From an uncultured bacterium (GTDB taxonomy: Bacteria > Bacillota > Clostridia > Lachnospirales > Lachnospiraceae), in the NCBI GenBank assembly GCA_947073545.1, contig CAMTMP010000008.1, positions 450 to 64,449 on the forward strand: a stretch of DNA of 64,000 nt, given 5' to 3'. Shown one piece after another: positions 8,620 to 18,178 of this stretch. A program made the position numbers and the translations under genes. Each line of letters opens with the position of its first letter. The stretch's first letter is position 1. The notes below the pieces were generated by a model. The model did not search any database, had not been told where the DNA came from, and saw nothing but the letters and a program-made list of their open reading frames with translations.

Positions 8620-10410
8620 ATGAAGACGATGGAAAAACTGCAGGCGCTTCGGGGGGAGATGCGGAAAAAAAATCTTTCGGCATACATTGTTCCCACGGAG
8701 GATTTTCACTGTTCCGAGTATGTGGGGGATTATTTTAAGGCAAGGGAGTATCTGTCCGGGTTTACGGGGTCTGCGGGCACGCTGCTGGTGATGCAGGAGA
8801 GGGCTCTTTTGTGGACGGACGGCAGATATTTCTTACAGGCTGAGGATCAGCTTACGGGCAGCGGCATTGAACTGATGAAGAGCGGCCAGCCGGAGGTTCC
8901 CACGCTTCCGGAGTTTTTGGGAGAACATCTCGGAAAGGGAGCGGTAGTCGGGTTTGACGGACGAACCGTGACAGGCGCATTTGTGGAGGAACTTAAGGAG
9001 AAGACAGCGGCGAAGCAGGTCACCTTTTACGGGAAACGGGATCTGGTTGACCGGATTTGGGAGAACAGGCCGCCTATGTCAGCGGAACCGGTGTGGGAGT
9101 TGGAGATATCTTATGCCGGACTTTCCAGGGAGGAGAAGCTTGCGAGGGTGCGGCAGGAGATGGAGAAGGCGGGAGCGGACGCCCTTCTTGTGACGGCACT
9201 TGATGAGACGGCATGGCTCTTAAATCTGCGGGGCGGCGATGTGAAGCATACACCCGTTTTTCTTGCCTATATGTTGATCACGAAGAGACGCGCCCTGTTA
9301 TGTGCGCAGAAGAGCGCTTTCTCTGAAAATATATGTAACGAGCTGGCGAAGGCGGGAGTGACCCTCCTGCCCTACGAGAGCATAGAGGATATGGCGGCCT
9401 CCCTGCCCACGGGACAGAGAATCCTTGTGGACGAAAAAAGGGTCAGCTACAGGCTGTTAAAGGCTATTGCCAAGGGCGTGGAGAAGATGAATCAACCCAG
9501 TCCCATCGCCCTGTTAAAAGCGGTGAAGTCAGAACGGGAGATCACCCATATAAGATCGGTTCATGTGAAGGACGGGGTGGCGGTAACCCGGTTTATTCAC
9601 TGGCTGAAATCCCATGTGGGAGAGGAGGAGATCACGGAGATCAGCGCAGCTTCCAAGCTGGAGGATTTCCGGGCACAGATGGACGGGTATCTTGGCGCCA
9701 GCTTTGACTCGATTATGGCCTATGGGGCCCACGGAGCAATCGTACACTATGAGGCGACCCCGGAGACGGATGCAGCAATGCAGAAAAAGAGCTTCTGCCT
9801 TGCGGATACGGGCGGGCATTACAGCGAGGGAACAACAGACATTACACGCACGATTGCGCTGGGAGAATTGACAGCGAAGGAGAAGCGGGCCTACACGCTT
9901 GTATTGAAAGGACATCTGCGGCTTGGCGCGGCGAAATTTTTGGAGGGAGTCTGTGGACAGAATCTGGATGTGCTGGCAAGACAGCCGCTCTGGGAGGAAG
10001 GTCTTGATTATAACCATGGCACGGGCCACGGCGTAGGGTACCTTCTGAGTGTGCATGAAGGTCCACAGAATTTCCGCTGGCGTATGAATGACGGTGTGCA
10101 TTGTGTGCCCTTAGAGGAGGGGATGGTGCTTTCCAATGAGCCTGGTCTGTATCTGGCAGGGCAGTTTGGCATCCGGCATGAGAATCTGGTGCTTGTCAGA
10201 AAGGGGGAAAAGACCGATTACGGGCAGTTTATGTATCTGGAGCCGCTCACTATGGTTCCCTTTGATAAGGACGCCATTGACGTTAACCTGTTGACGAAGC
10301 GGGAGATCGGTCTGCTAAACGACTACCATACAAAGGTTTACGAAACGCTTGCGCCCCATTTTACGGGGGAGGAGCTTGTGTGGCTGGGCGAAGCAACGGC
10401 GGCAGTGTAG
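8620..10410 (+). CDS. Aminopeptidase P family (M24) Xaa-Pro aminopeptidase
   Basis: DFHCSEYV, WTDGRYFLQA, DTGGHYSEGTTDITRT, HGTGHGVGYLLSVHEGPQ, SNEPGLY. GAGGTG RBS before the ATG at 8620. Confidence 0.92.
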   Translation: MKTMEKLQALRGEMRKKNLSAYIVPTEDFHCSEYVGDYFKAREYLSGFTGSAGTLLVMQERALLWTDGRYFLQAEDQLTGSGIELMKSGQPEVPTLPEFLGEHLGKGAVVGFDGRTVTGAFVEELKEKTAAKQVTFYGKRDLVDRIWENRPPMSAEPVWELEISYAGLSREEKLARVRQEMEKAGADALLVTALDETAWLLNLRGGDVKHTPVFLAYMLITKRRALLCAQKSAFSENICNELAKAGVTLLPYESIEDMAASLPTGQRILVDEKRVSYRLLKAIAKGVEKMNQPSPIALLKAVKSEREITHIRSVHVKDGVAVTRFIHWLKSHVGEEEITEISAASKLEDFRAQMDGYLGASFDSIMAYGAHGAIVHYEATPETDAAMQKKSFCLADTGGHYSEGTTDITRTIALGELTAKEKRAYTLVLKGHLRLGAAKFLEGVCGQNLDVLARQPLWEEGLDYNHGTGHGVGYLLSVHEGPQNFRWRMNDGVHCVPLEEGMVLSNEPGLYLAGQFGIRHENLVLVRKGEKTDYGQFMYLEPLTMVPFDKDAIDVNLLTKREIGLLNDYHTKVYETLAPHFTGEELVWLGEATAAV

Positions 10411-10503
10411 GGCTATACAGCCAGAAAGAAACTGCGTAAAGAAAATCAGGCATTGCCATCAGGGGCTTGTCAAAAGCCTTTAGGATGGCAATGTCTGACT
10501 ATT

Positions 10504-10974
10504 TTATTTGCTTTCGATGTCACGCTGCCGGTGCAGGGTTTTATTTATTTTTCTGATGTTGTGTCTGATGATGGCATATTGTATCAGCCATATGACGGCA
10601 TAATTACATGCGAACATGCCGAAATAGTTTACAATGCCCGTCAGACTGTGCTCCGTCCAGTAAGTGATATAGGCGATCGGCATCATCAAAACGGTGATAA
10701 GCAAAAAGTAAATACCGGTCTGTTTTGCCAGCCCCCAAGTCTCCACGTCCCAGACCACGGAGCATCCGGCGCATCCGGCTCCCAGCAGACCGCACAGGAG
10801 CGCCTGTATGATAACGGCGCCTATTTCACTTCCCACCATTTCCACCAGTGCCGGCATACAGGGAGCGTAGTAACCGTCCGCCCAGATCAGGGAAGTGATG
10901 ATCGTGAAGGTGTAGCCGATGGCAAGTCCCATGGGAAAACCGAATAGTCCGCGTGAAATGATTTTCTTTAACAT
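10504..10974 (-). CDS. DUF3021 family membrane protein
   Basis: Four hydrophobic segments, WSLAKQTGIYF-like motif, located directly downstream of a LytTR gene. Confidence 0.8.
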   Translation of the reverse strand: MLKKIISRGLFGFPMGLAIGYTFTIITSLIWADGYYAPCMPALVEMVGSEIGAVIIQALLCGLLGAGCAGCSVVWDVETWGLAKQTGIYFLLITVLMMPIAYITYWTEHSLTGIVNYFGMFACNYAVIWLIQYAIIRHNIRKINKTLHRQRDIESK

Positions 10975-10984
10975 GTCCTATACC

Positions 10985-11437
10985 TCACATTCCTAATATT
11001 TTTTTGATTTTTGAGACATAACGTCTGGAAACATAAGTTGTTGTACCGTTCGTCAGTTCAACATAGATCGTGCCGCTGAAACTCAAGTCGAAGTTTTTCA
11101 CTTTTTTTATGTGAATGATTTCCGAGTTGGAGATGCGGACGAATTGGGAGGGATTTAACCGTTCCGCCGCTTCGTAAAGCCTGAGCCGCAGAAGATATTC
11201 TCCCTTGTCCGTCACCGCAAAAACTTTGCCCCCTGCTGCATAGATCCGGAACAGATCATCCGGCTGCAGGACTTCCATTTTACCGTCTCTGCTTCCGGTG
11301 AGAATGGGCGGATTGTTTTCGGACAGCCGCTGCATGAGGGTATTCACTTCTTCCGTTATGGAAGCGGTGTGTATGATGATTTTCGGCTCGGTACAGGAGC
11401 TGTCAATTTTTATTTCAACCTGCATTTTCGTGTTCAC
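10985..11437 (-). CDS. Stand-alone LytTR DNA-binding transcriptional regulator
   Basis: RLRLYEAAERL, FVRISNSEIIH and VSRRYVSKIK. No receiver domain. Confidence 0.9.
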   Translation of the reverse strand: MNTKMQVEIKIDSSCTEPKIIIHTASITEEVNTLMQRLSENNPPILTGSRDGKMEVLQPDDLFRIYAAGGKVFAVTDKGEYLLRLRLYEAAERLNPSQFVRISNSEIIHIKKVKNFDLSFSGTIYVELTNGTTTYVSRRYVSKIKKILGM

Positions 11438-11495
11438 TTCCTTCTATGTCAGGGGGCTTTCAGATTTGTTTCCCCTTGTCTTTGTCTGTGATGCC

Positions 11496-11564
11496 ATTAT
11501 AGGAAAAGGGGATGTTTCCTGCAACTGTTTTCTGATAATCGGTTGCATCCGGGACATAAGTGGT
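11496..11564 (-). promoter_or_regulatory. LytTR-type direct repeats plus SigA promoter
   Basis: Minus strand ACCACTTAT (11564-11556), 12 bp spacer, ACCGATTAT (11543-11535). Then TTGCAG (11524-11519), 17 bp spacer, TATAAT (11501-11496). Confidence 0.7.
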
Positions 11565-11726
11565 AAGAGACACTTGTTTGTTTGGCACTCTTTCAGTATA
11601 ATAGATTGCGTACGGACGATGTTTTTGACAGCGGGACTGAGCGGCATTTTACATGGGTTTATACCGTGGCAGGCGGCAGCAGGAAAGGCCGTGCGGGAAA
11701 ATAGAGGTATCAAATGGAGAAAAATC

Positions 11727-12371
11727 ATGCAGGATGAAAAAATAGTTCGGGAAGAGATATGTGAGATCGGGAGAAGGATGTACGCCCGGCGTATGGTGGC
11801 GGCAAACGACGGCAACATTTCAGTGCGTCTTTCGGTGAATGAGCTGATCTGCACGCCCACAGGCGTCTCCAAAGGCTTTATGAAGCCGGAGCAGCTCTGT
11901 AAAATAGATTTTCTGGGAAATGTGCTGGATATGGCGGAAGGGTTCGGACCGTCCTCCGAGGTGAAAATGCATATACGGGTATATCAGAAACGCCCGGATA
12001 TCATGGCGGTGGTACACGCGCATCCCGTTTTTGCCACCAGCTTTGCGGTGATGGGCAGGGCGCTTGAAGTACCCATCATGCCGGAGGTGATCGTCAATTT
12101 CGGGAAAGTGCCCCTCGCCCCCTACGGCACGCCCTCCACGGCGGAGATCCCGGATGCCATAGAGCCGTATCTTAAGGATTATCAGGCAATCCTCTTGGAG
12201 AGCCATGGCGCGCTCACATGGGCCAAGGATTTGCAGACGGCATATATGAAACTGGAGTCGGTGGAGTTTTACGCGGAGCTTTTGTATCGGACGACGCAGC
12301 TTGGCGGACCGAGGGTGTTGGATGAAGATAAGCTGGAGCGGCTGTATCAGGTGATAGGCGGGCCGAAGTAA
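11727..12371 (+). CDS. Class II aldolase/adducin family protein (fuculose-phosphate aldolase-like)
   Basis: DGNISVR, TPTGVSKG, PSSEVKMH, VVHAHP and LESHGA Zn-binding motifs. The true start is at 11727; the upstream part of the track ORF overlaps the LytTR gene. Confidence 0.88.
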   Translation: MQDEKIVREEICEIGRRMYARRMVAANDGNISVRLSVNELICTPTGVSKGFMKPEQLCKIDFLGNVLDMAEGFGPSSEVKMHIRVYQKRPDIMAVVHAHPVFATSFAVMGRALEVPIMPEVIVNFGKVPLAPYGTPSTAEIPDAIEPYLKDYQAILLESHGALTWAKDLQTAYMKLESVEFYAELLYRTTQLGGPRVLDEDKLERLYQVIGGPK

Positions 12372-12411
12372 AATTTCCCGATCACAAAAATGAGCATAAT
12401 AGAATTGAAAT

Positions 12412-12452
12412 AAAAAAGCAGGGGGAGTCAAATCGACTCCCTCTACTTTTTT
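12412..12452. terminator. Bidirectional intrinsic terminator
   Basis: A-tract, agggggagtc/gactccctct stem, T-tract. Lies between convergent genes. Confidence 0.75.
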
Positions 12453-12558
12453 ATACTATAGGAAATTGCAACAATGGAAACCATTCAAGGAGAATGCGAA
12501 GCACTCTCAAAGTTTGCCGTAGGCATGCTCTTAATGTTCGTTGCCGAGCCATGATTTT

Positions 12559-15384
12559 TTACTCAGATTCCTTGTGTTTTCTTTGCAGGATCACCAGGGA
12601 AATGATGCCAGCAAGCAACATTAGCGCGAGAGCTGCGCCCCACAAAGGCATGTTCTGCTGTGTGTCGGGCTGTATCGCCGCATTCCTAGCCGCTACCGCT
12701 CGGAGACTGATTGCGTTTTCGTTGATCTTGTCTGTCTCCCCTTCGGGATAGAGCAGACCATCGCGTGACGCATTTGCCTGTAGATCCGTGGTATTGTCCA
12801 TGGCTTCCGTCTCGTTTTCCATATCCGGAATGTCTGAGGCATTCGGAACATCTAATCCGTCGGAATTGCCTGATTCGTCCGGAACATTCGGTGTACCCGT
12901 TCCGGAATCATCCGACCCACCCGGAACATTCGGTGTGCCCATTCCGGAATCATCCGACCCGTCCGGAACATTCGGTGTGCCCGTTCCGGAATCATCCGAC
13001 CCGTCCGGAACATTCGGTGTGCCCGTTCCGGAATCATTTGACCCGTCCGGTACATTCGGTGTGCCGGTGTTGGAATCATCTGACCCGTCCGGTATTTCCG
13101 GTGTGTTCGCATTGCCTGTATCATCAGGTACTTCCGGCGTATTCTGCCCGCCGGAGTTGTCCGGGACATCCGGTGTTTCCGGTATGTCTGTGCCGTCCGA
13201 ACCGTTCGGCATATCCGGCGTGCCCGTTTCGTTCGGATCTTCGGACGGTGCGGGAGCTTCCGGCGTTTCTTCCGGGTCGGGCGGGAGAGTAGGTCCCTCA
13301 TTGCCAGAGATCGTTTCATCCGGTGTCAGCGTTTCGTCTTTGATGTCGCTGTCGGGTTTGGGGGCATCTTCTTTGTCGGTGTTTCCGGTTGTTGTGCCGG
13401 GTTTGCTATTCAGGGACTCTGTATGTGTACAGCCTGTTCTGGTACATTTATATTGGGGGCCATCAGGGCCGTTAGGATCAAGCTTAAGGCTATGGCCTTT
13501 TGCCGGAATTACCCCGTCAGTTTTTTTGTCTGTATAAGGCGTCTTTTGGAAGGTCACGGTTGCTGTATAAACACATGTGCCGGGTGTTTCACATGTTGGA
13601 GCCAGCGTAATTTCGGTACGTTTTACTGTTGCAGCCACAGGTGTTTTCTTTGGACAATTCTGACAGGAGAAAACTGCGGTAGCAATATTTTGTGTCGGCC
13701 AGCTCCAATCCGGGCCTTGGTAAGTATGTTTTAAAGGAGCTTTGTACCCAACCTGCGCCTTGGTAAGCACTTTCTTACCATCCTTATCTTCAAAATATGT
13801 CTTACATGCCGGGCACATAAAACAGTGCTTCGTATATATCGGTTTCTCGCATGTCTCTGTTGTCTGCTCAAATATTTCCTCAAGCTCCTTGCTATGTCCC
13901 GTCCGTTCCTTCTCAACAACCTTCTCTTCCTTAAAGGTAATCCCGTCCTTTTCCACAGAAGCTTTATAAACGGTCTCCCCGTCCTCCGTGCAGGTAGGCT
14001 GCGTCACCTCTTTTTTGATGGACGCTTTCAGCACGAACTCTTCTCCGCAGTCCTGACAGGTCAGAACCGCCTTGGCGGATTCGTATTTCTTCCAGTCCCA
14101 CTTCGGCTCCTGATATACATGCGTATGTCCGCCGGAGTTATTACCCGTGTTTTCCCCGGAGCTGGCATACGTCGGAGCGGTATATGGTGCAGGGGCGGTA
14201 TATGCCACCGTCTTTTTATTGCTGTCGTTGGTGTAGGCGAAGACCGTGCTGCCGTCGCTTTTGTTTGACTGTGTCCGGTACACTGCTTTTCCGCCGAAGT
14301 CCGGGAGACCCGTCCCACATGTCTGCTTCCAGACAACGCTGCCGCCGTTTCCCTCGTTTAAGGCATAGCAGACTTCACCAGAGGAAAACTGTTGCTGTGT
14401 CATACCGATGCCGTAATTTCCTTTTTCCGTGCCGGTGATCAGATAGTAGCAGTTCACAAACGTACTTCCGGAGTGGTTATAGCCGCATACGCTTCCTACA
14501 TAATTGGTTCCGCCGCCGACTTCGCCGGTATTAAAGCAGCCGGAAACCAGTTTTTTGTTATAGCCGCAGATACCGCCTATGCTTGTGCTGTTTCCGATTA
14601 CCGTTCCCGTATTGTAGCAGTCGGACGTCGTATTTTTGTTGTAACCACAGATGCCGCCTACATATTTACCGCCGTTTATGGCGCCGATATTGTAGCAGAC
14701 ATTGATTGTCGCACCGTTGTCATTGTAGCCGCAGACGCCGCCCGTGTACTTGTCGCCGCTAACGGAGGCGGCGCTGTAGCAGCCTGTTATGGTGCCTTTA
14801 TTGATGCCGCACAGACCGCCGGCATAACTGCCCGCAGATACGCTGCCGCCTGACACGCCCAGATTTTTTATGATGCCTGCGTTGGCGCCAAACAGGCCCG
14901 CATAAGAGCCGCCCGGCTTTTGGCAGTACAGGCCGCTTACCGCGAAGGAGGCGCCGTCAAAGGTTCCTCTGTAGGGATGAGTATTCGTTCCGATGGGAGT
15001 CCAAGAACCGGTATCGGCGCTGCAAACGCCGGACAAATTGATGTTTTGTGTCAGAACCGCGCATATTCCCGTATTCGGGACGCCGCCTATACCGTTTACC
15101 GCATCGGCAAACTTGCGAAGCTGCGTAGCGTCCTTGATACGGTACGGATTTGTCTCCGTGCCGCTGCCCTCCAGATCCGAAGGGACAGCCGCGGGTGCTG
15201 CCGCTTGTTTTTTCGTTGTTTCTGGCTGTTTTGCAGGAGCTTCCTGTGCGTCCTGAGCTTCCGGCGCGGAAGTTTCAAGGATAACGTTTGGCGTTCTTTC
15301 CATGGTTGCCGCCATTGCAGTATTCGGTGTCAGCGCCAGTAACAGGCAGACAGTCAGGATAATACTCCAAATTCTTCTTTGCAT
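12559..15384 (-). CDS. Cell-surface protein: signal peptide, GLUG repeats, Cys/His-rich repeats, Pro/Asp-rich stalk, C-terminal membrane anchor
   Basis: GxxxxPYxI and WTPIG...FxGTFDG motifs, repeated GGxCGYN (GLUG), TxPTCxxxG repeats, PNVPDGSDDSGTGT repeats, hydrophobic tail ending QRKHKESE. Confidence 0.85.
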   Translation of the reverse strand: MQRRIWSIILTVCLLLALTPNTAMAATMERTPNVILETSAPEAQDAQEAPAKQPETTKKQAAAPAAVPSDLEGSGTETNPYRIKDATQLRKFADAVNGIGGVPNTGICAVLTQNINLSGVCSADTGSWTPIGTNTHPYRGTFDGASFAVSGLYCQKPGGSYAGLFGANAGIIKNLGVSGGSVSAGSYAGGLCGINKGTITGCYSAASVSGDKYTGGVCGYNDNGATINVCYNIGAINGGKYVGGICGYNKNTTSDCYNTGTVIGNSTSIGGICGYNKKLVSGCFNTGEVGGGTNYVGSVCGYNHSGSTFVNCYYLITGTEKGNYGIGMTQQQFSSGEVCYALNEGNGGSVVWKQTCGTGLPDFGGKAVYRTQSNKSDGSTVFAYTNDSNKKTVAYTAPAPYTAPTYASSGENTGNNSGGHTHVYQEPKWDWKKYESAKAVLTCQDCGEEFVLKASIKKEVTQPTCTEDGETVYKASVEKDGITFKEEKVVEKERTGHSKELEEIFEQTTETCEKPIYTKHCFMCPACKTYFEDKDGKKVLTKAQVGYKAPLKHTYQGPDWSWPTQNIATAVFSCQNCPKKTPVAATVKRTEITLAPTCETPGTCVYTATVTFQKTPYTDKKTDGVIPAKGHSLKLDPNGPDGPQYKCTRTGCTHTESLNSKPGTTTGNTDKEDAPKPDSDIKDETLTPDETISGNEGPTLPPDPEETPEAPAPSEDPNETGTPDMPNGSDGTDIPETPDVPDNSGGQNTPEVPDDTGNANTPEIPDGSDDSNTGTPNVPDGSNDSGTGTPNVPDGSDDSGTGTPNVPDGSDDSGMGTPNVPGGSDDSGTGTPNVPDESGNSDGLDVPNASDIPDMENETEAMDNTTDLQANASRDGLLYPEGETDKINENAISLRAVAARNAAIQPDTQQNMPLWGAALALMLLAGIISLVILQRKHKESE
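12879..13088 (-). repeat. Coding tandem repeat, 42-bp unit x5 plus degenerate copies
   Basis: ccggaacattcggtgtgcccgttccggaatcatccgacccgt-type units start at 12879, 12921, 12963, 13005 and 13047. Confidence 0.9.
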
Positions 15385-15575
15385 TCTGGTAATCTCCTTT
15401 CAGGAAAGTGGATATTATGTCAACTAGTGAGTATAATATCGTTTCGTATAGAAGAAATATAGCACAAAACAGGTTCCAATACAACCGGCCCTACACGATA
15501 TTTGTGCCATTTGACGAATTTTTGTCTGCATGAAACCAGGCAGGGAAGATTTTCTCCCTGTGCGTGTGTGTGAAT

Positions 15576-15614
15576 AAAAAAAGGAGCCAGACCGGTATGA
15601 ACGGTCAGCTCCTT
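15576..15614 (-). terminator. Intrinsic terminator after the OB-fold lipoprotein gene
   Basis: Minus strand aaaggagctgaccg...cggtctggctcctttttt. Confidence 0.65.
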
Positions 15615-15644
15615 TGAAGTGCTTTGTTAACTATGTTTTCGGGT

Positions 15645-16397
15645 TTATTTTACGGAAACAGAAGTGATATGCGGGTTCGCACCGTTGTACCAGTACAGGT
15701 AACCTTCCATGTCAACAGTATCGCCGACCTTCAGGTTTTCCACAGCTTTGTAGACATCTGTGCTGCTGTCGCAGAGATAAGACTCAACGCAAAAGGTGTA
15801 GGTTTGTCCGTCTTTGGATACGTTGAAGTACAGATCGTTATTGTCGGCAGCGGAACCGGAGTTGTCATCATTGTAAACAACGGCACAGTCGTAGGAGTGT
15901 CCGTCCTTCTCATAGGTCTCAACGGTCATGCCCTTGAAAGATACCAGCTCATTCTGGTGTTTGATCAGTTCGTCTTCCTTGGCGAGCAGATCGGTTACAT
16001 CCGTCGCGGAAGCGGTGAAGCTGCCGTCCTGAATCTCGATGGCTGCGCCCTCGGCGATTTCCACTTCGCCGGACCACTCGGTCTTGTAGCCGGTCACTTT
16101 GATCTTCGTGCCGGGGGTGAGCTTTTCGTAATCAGCCTCGGAGCAGACTGCGTTGTAGACGAAATATGCGCCGTCCTTATCCTGTGTGTAGAGGGTAGCC
16201 TTATCCTCCCACCAGGACTGTTTCGCCTGCACGTATGTCTCGATTACCACTTCGCTGTCAAGTGCGGCAGCCATGTACTCGTCGTGGGTCATAACGCCCT
16301 CGGATTTTTTGTCTTCTCCGCCGTTTCCGCCCTTACCGCAGGCGGTAAGGGACAGAACGAGGGCAAGTGTCAGTGTCAATGCGATTGTCTTTTTCAT
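15645..16397 (-). CDS. Lipoprotein with two putative OB-fold domains
   Basis: MKKTIALT...LSLTAC lipobox. LTPGTKIKVTGYKTEWSGEVEI and LKVGDTVDMEGYLYWYNG resemble OB-fold strand patterns. GAGGAGG RBS. Confidence 0.75.
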   Translation of the reverse strand: MKKTIALTLTLALVLSLTACGKGGNGGEDKKSEGVMTHDEYMAAALDSEVVIETYVQAKQSWWEDKATLYTQDKDGAYFVYNAVCSEADYEKLTPGTKIKVTGYKTEWSGEVEIAEGAAIEIQDGSFTASATDVTDLLAKEDELIKHQNELVSFKGMTVETYEKDGHSYDCAVVYNDDNSGSAADNNDLYFNVSKDGQTYTFCVESYLCDSSTDVYKAVENLKVGDTVDMEGYLYWYNGANPHITSVSVK

Positions 16398-16469
16398 AAT
16401 TTTCCTCCTCAATAGTAGCGTTTTTTATTTGCTTCTACAGCGACGATTATACCATACTCAGTGGATAAA

Positions 16470-18095
16470 TCAATGCTTTTTTCTATTTTTGACAAAATCG
16501 GACAGCACATAGAGCAAAATCAGACACCAGGAAATCGCCAGCGCTGCGAGGAGCAGCACGGCAGTCTGCGGCAGCGGACCAAGTTCCTGGCGGCTGCCTG
16601 TTGCTATGTCTTTCTGGTCTAATCGGTAGAGGGCGGTGACATCCGCGGTAAGCTGTTCCATGTAGGCATCGTCCACCGTCTGTCCGCGCCTCACCGCGTT
16701 TGCCACATTTTCTATAAGCTGTCCCGACGCATTCCGAAGGGAGGCGGAGCCGTTAAAGACAGGTGTCACAAAGGTGTCCCCGGTATGGGTGAGAAGGAGC
16801 TTGGAAGCATCCAGTTTTACGGTATAGTGGGTGCTGTTGTCCTCCCCGCTTCTGGCAAGGTAATCCTGATAGGCAGGGGATTTTTGCGCCTTTAATGTGA
16901 CGGGCAGATACCCTTCCGTCCGGGCGTAGCCGATCTGTACCTCGTCCGTCAAAAGATACTGGGCAAAGAGCCATGATGCCAACACCTCCTGCGGATCTGC
17001 CTTGTTGAACACGCAGACGGAAGGCCCTTGGGAAATCATCTGGGGATTTTCGGGATCAATCTGGGGCACCATCCGCACAGCCGTCTCGAAATCCACGAAG
17101 GCATCCTCGCTGATGTCGGACAGTGGCGCGTCTGCGCCCATCCAGGTTGCGCCCGCCGTGGAGTCGATGGCGAACACACACTGTCCCGCGTTGAGGAAAT
17201 TGGCGGGATAGCTGGAAATCTTAAAGGTGGAGAAAGCGCCGCTTTCCACATGATCCGCGATCTCGTATAGAAAAGCCTCCGTGGTATCGTTGAAAAGCCT
17301 GATATCACCCTCGGGTGTGGAGTAATCCGCCCCCTGCTGTTTTAAATACTGGATCATCATGTTGTCCGTGGATTTATAGATAAAGGGAATCATCACATTC
17401 TGGCCGTTTAAGGCAAACGTGCCGTCCGCGTTTTTGGCGGCGGCGGTTTCCGACACTTCCCAGATAAAATCCCATGTCAGCACGTCGGGGAGCGTGTAGC
17501 CCAGCTTTTCTACATAATCCTTGTTGATGTAGCAGCACTCGGTGGAACGCATGTAGGGGATGGCGTAATGCTGATCTTCCAGCACGCATTCCGATAGAAA
17601 CTGGGGAACCATCTCTTCCTGCGTCGGCCCGTCATAGAGGAGCGCATTCCCGCCGAGCCCGTATTTTTCATCGGCGAAAAGCGCATCCAGAGGAACCACG
17701 GTGTTTTTCCCGGTCATGTAGGTGGCGATGTGATCCGGGTAGGTGATGCACACATTGGGCGTGGTGCCGGTGGCGATGTTGGTGATCACGTCGTTGAAAA
17801 TCCTGCCGTAGTCGGTGTAGAGCTTCATGTTGACTTTGATATTGGGGTAGAGCGACTCAAAGTCCGCAATGGCTTTTTTGTAGACGTCGGTCTGGTTTTT
17901 GTTGGTGTCGTTCTTAGCCCAGAAGGTGACCTCATAATTCTTTGAGGTGTCAAATTCTGCGGGCACGGTAAATTCCGGCAGTGCCTTGGAGCCGTGACAG
18001 CCGGTAAGCGTAAGGAGGCTTGCGCCGACGGAAAGCGCCGCCAGTGCTTTTTGCCATTTCAAATGTATTATCATTTTTCCATACTTATTTTTCAA
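16470..18095 (-). CDS. ABC transporter extracellular solute-binding protein (CUT1-type) with lipobox and C-terminal anchor
   Basis: LTLTGC lipobox, VTFWAKN, PNVCITYPDH, YAIPYMRSTE and QGPSVCVF. C-terminal LPQTA, hydrophobic run and KNRKKH. Start is TTG 18095 or ATG 18074. Confidence 0.8.
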   Translation of the reverse strand: MKNKYGKMIIHLKWQKALAALSVGASLLTLTGCHGSKALPEFTVPAEFDTSKNYEVTFWAKNDTNKNQTDVYKKAIADFESLYPNIKVNMKLYTDYGRIFNDVITNIATGTTPNVCITYPDHIATYMTGKNTVVPLDALFADEKYGLGGNALLYDGPTQEEMVPQFLSECVLEDQHYAIPYMRSTECCYINKDYVEKLGYTLPDVLTWDFIWEVSETAAAKNADGTFALNGQNVMIPFIYKSTDNMMIQYLKQQGADYSTPEGDIRLFNDTTEAFLYEIADHVESGAFSTFKISSYPANFLNAGQCVFAIDSTAGATWMGADAPLSDISEDAFVDFETAVRMVPQIDPENPQMISQGPSVCVFNKADPQEVLASWLFAQYLLTDEVQIGYARTEGYLPVTLKAQKSPAYQDYLARSGEDNSTHYTVKLDASKLLLTHTGDTFVTPVFNGSASLRNASGQLIENVANAVRRGQTVDDAYMEQLTADVTALYRLDQKDIATGSRQELGPLPQTAVLLLAALAISWCLILLYVLSDFVKNRKKH

Positions 18096-18178
18096 TGGTT
18101 CTTCCTTTCCGAAACGGTTTTGACTGCATCCATCAGGGTCGCAGCGTGAAAGCCGGGTTTTCGTTTCAGTGCCACGAT

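Noticed and set aside
11298-11726. N-terminal extension of the aldolase ORF
   Set aside because: It is antisense to the LytTR gene and its promoter. Aldolase similarity begins at 11727.
12879-13088. 42-bp repeats as a CRISPR array
   Set aside because: The repeats are contiguous with no unique spacers, are in frame within a CDS, and have no cas genes nearby.
12765-13537. Long overlapping ORFs at 12765, 12788 and 12852
   Set aside because: These are shadow frames of the repeat region of the surface protein, with no RBS or family features.
15400-15520. c-di-GMP riboswitch upstream of the surface protein
   Set aside because: A gcacaaa/tttgtgc inverted repeat is present, but the GEMM consensus elements are absent.
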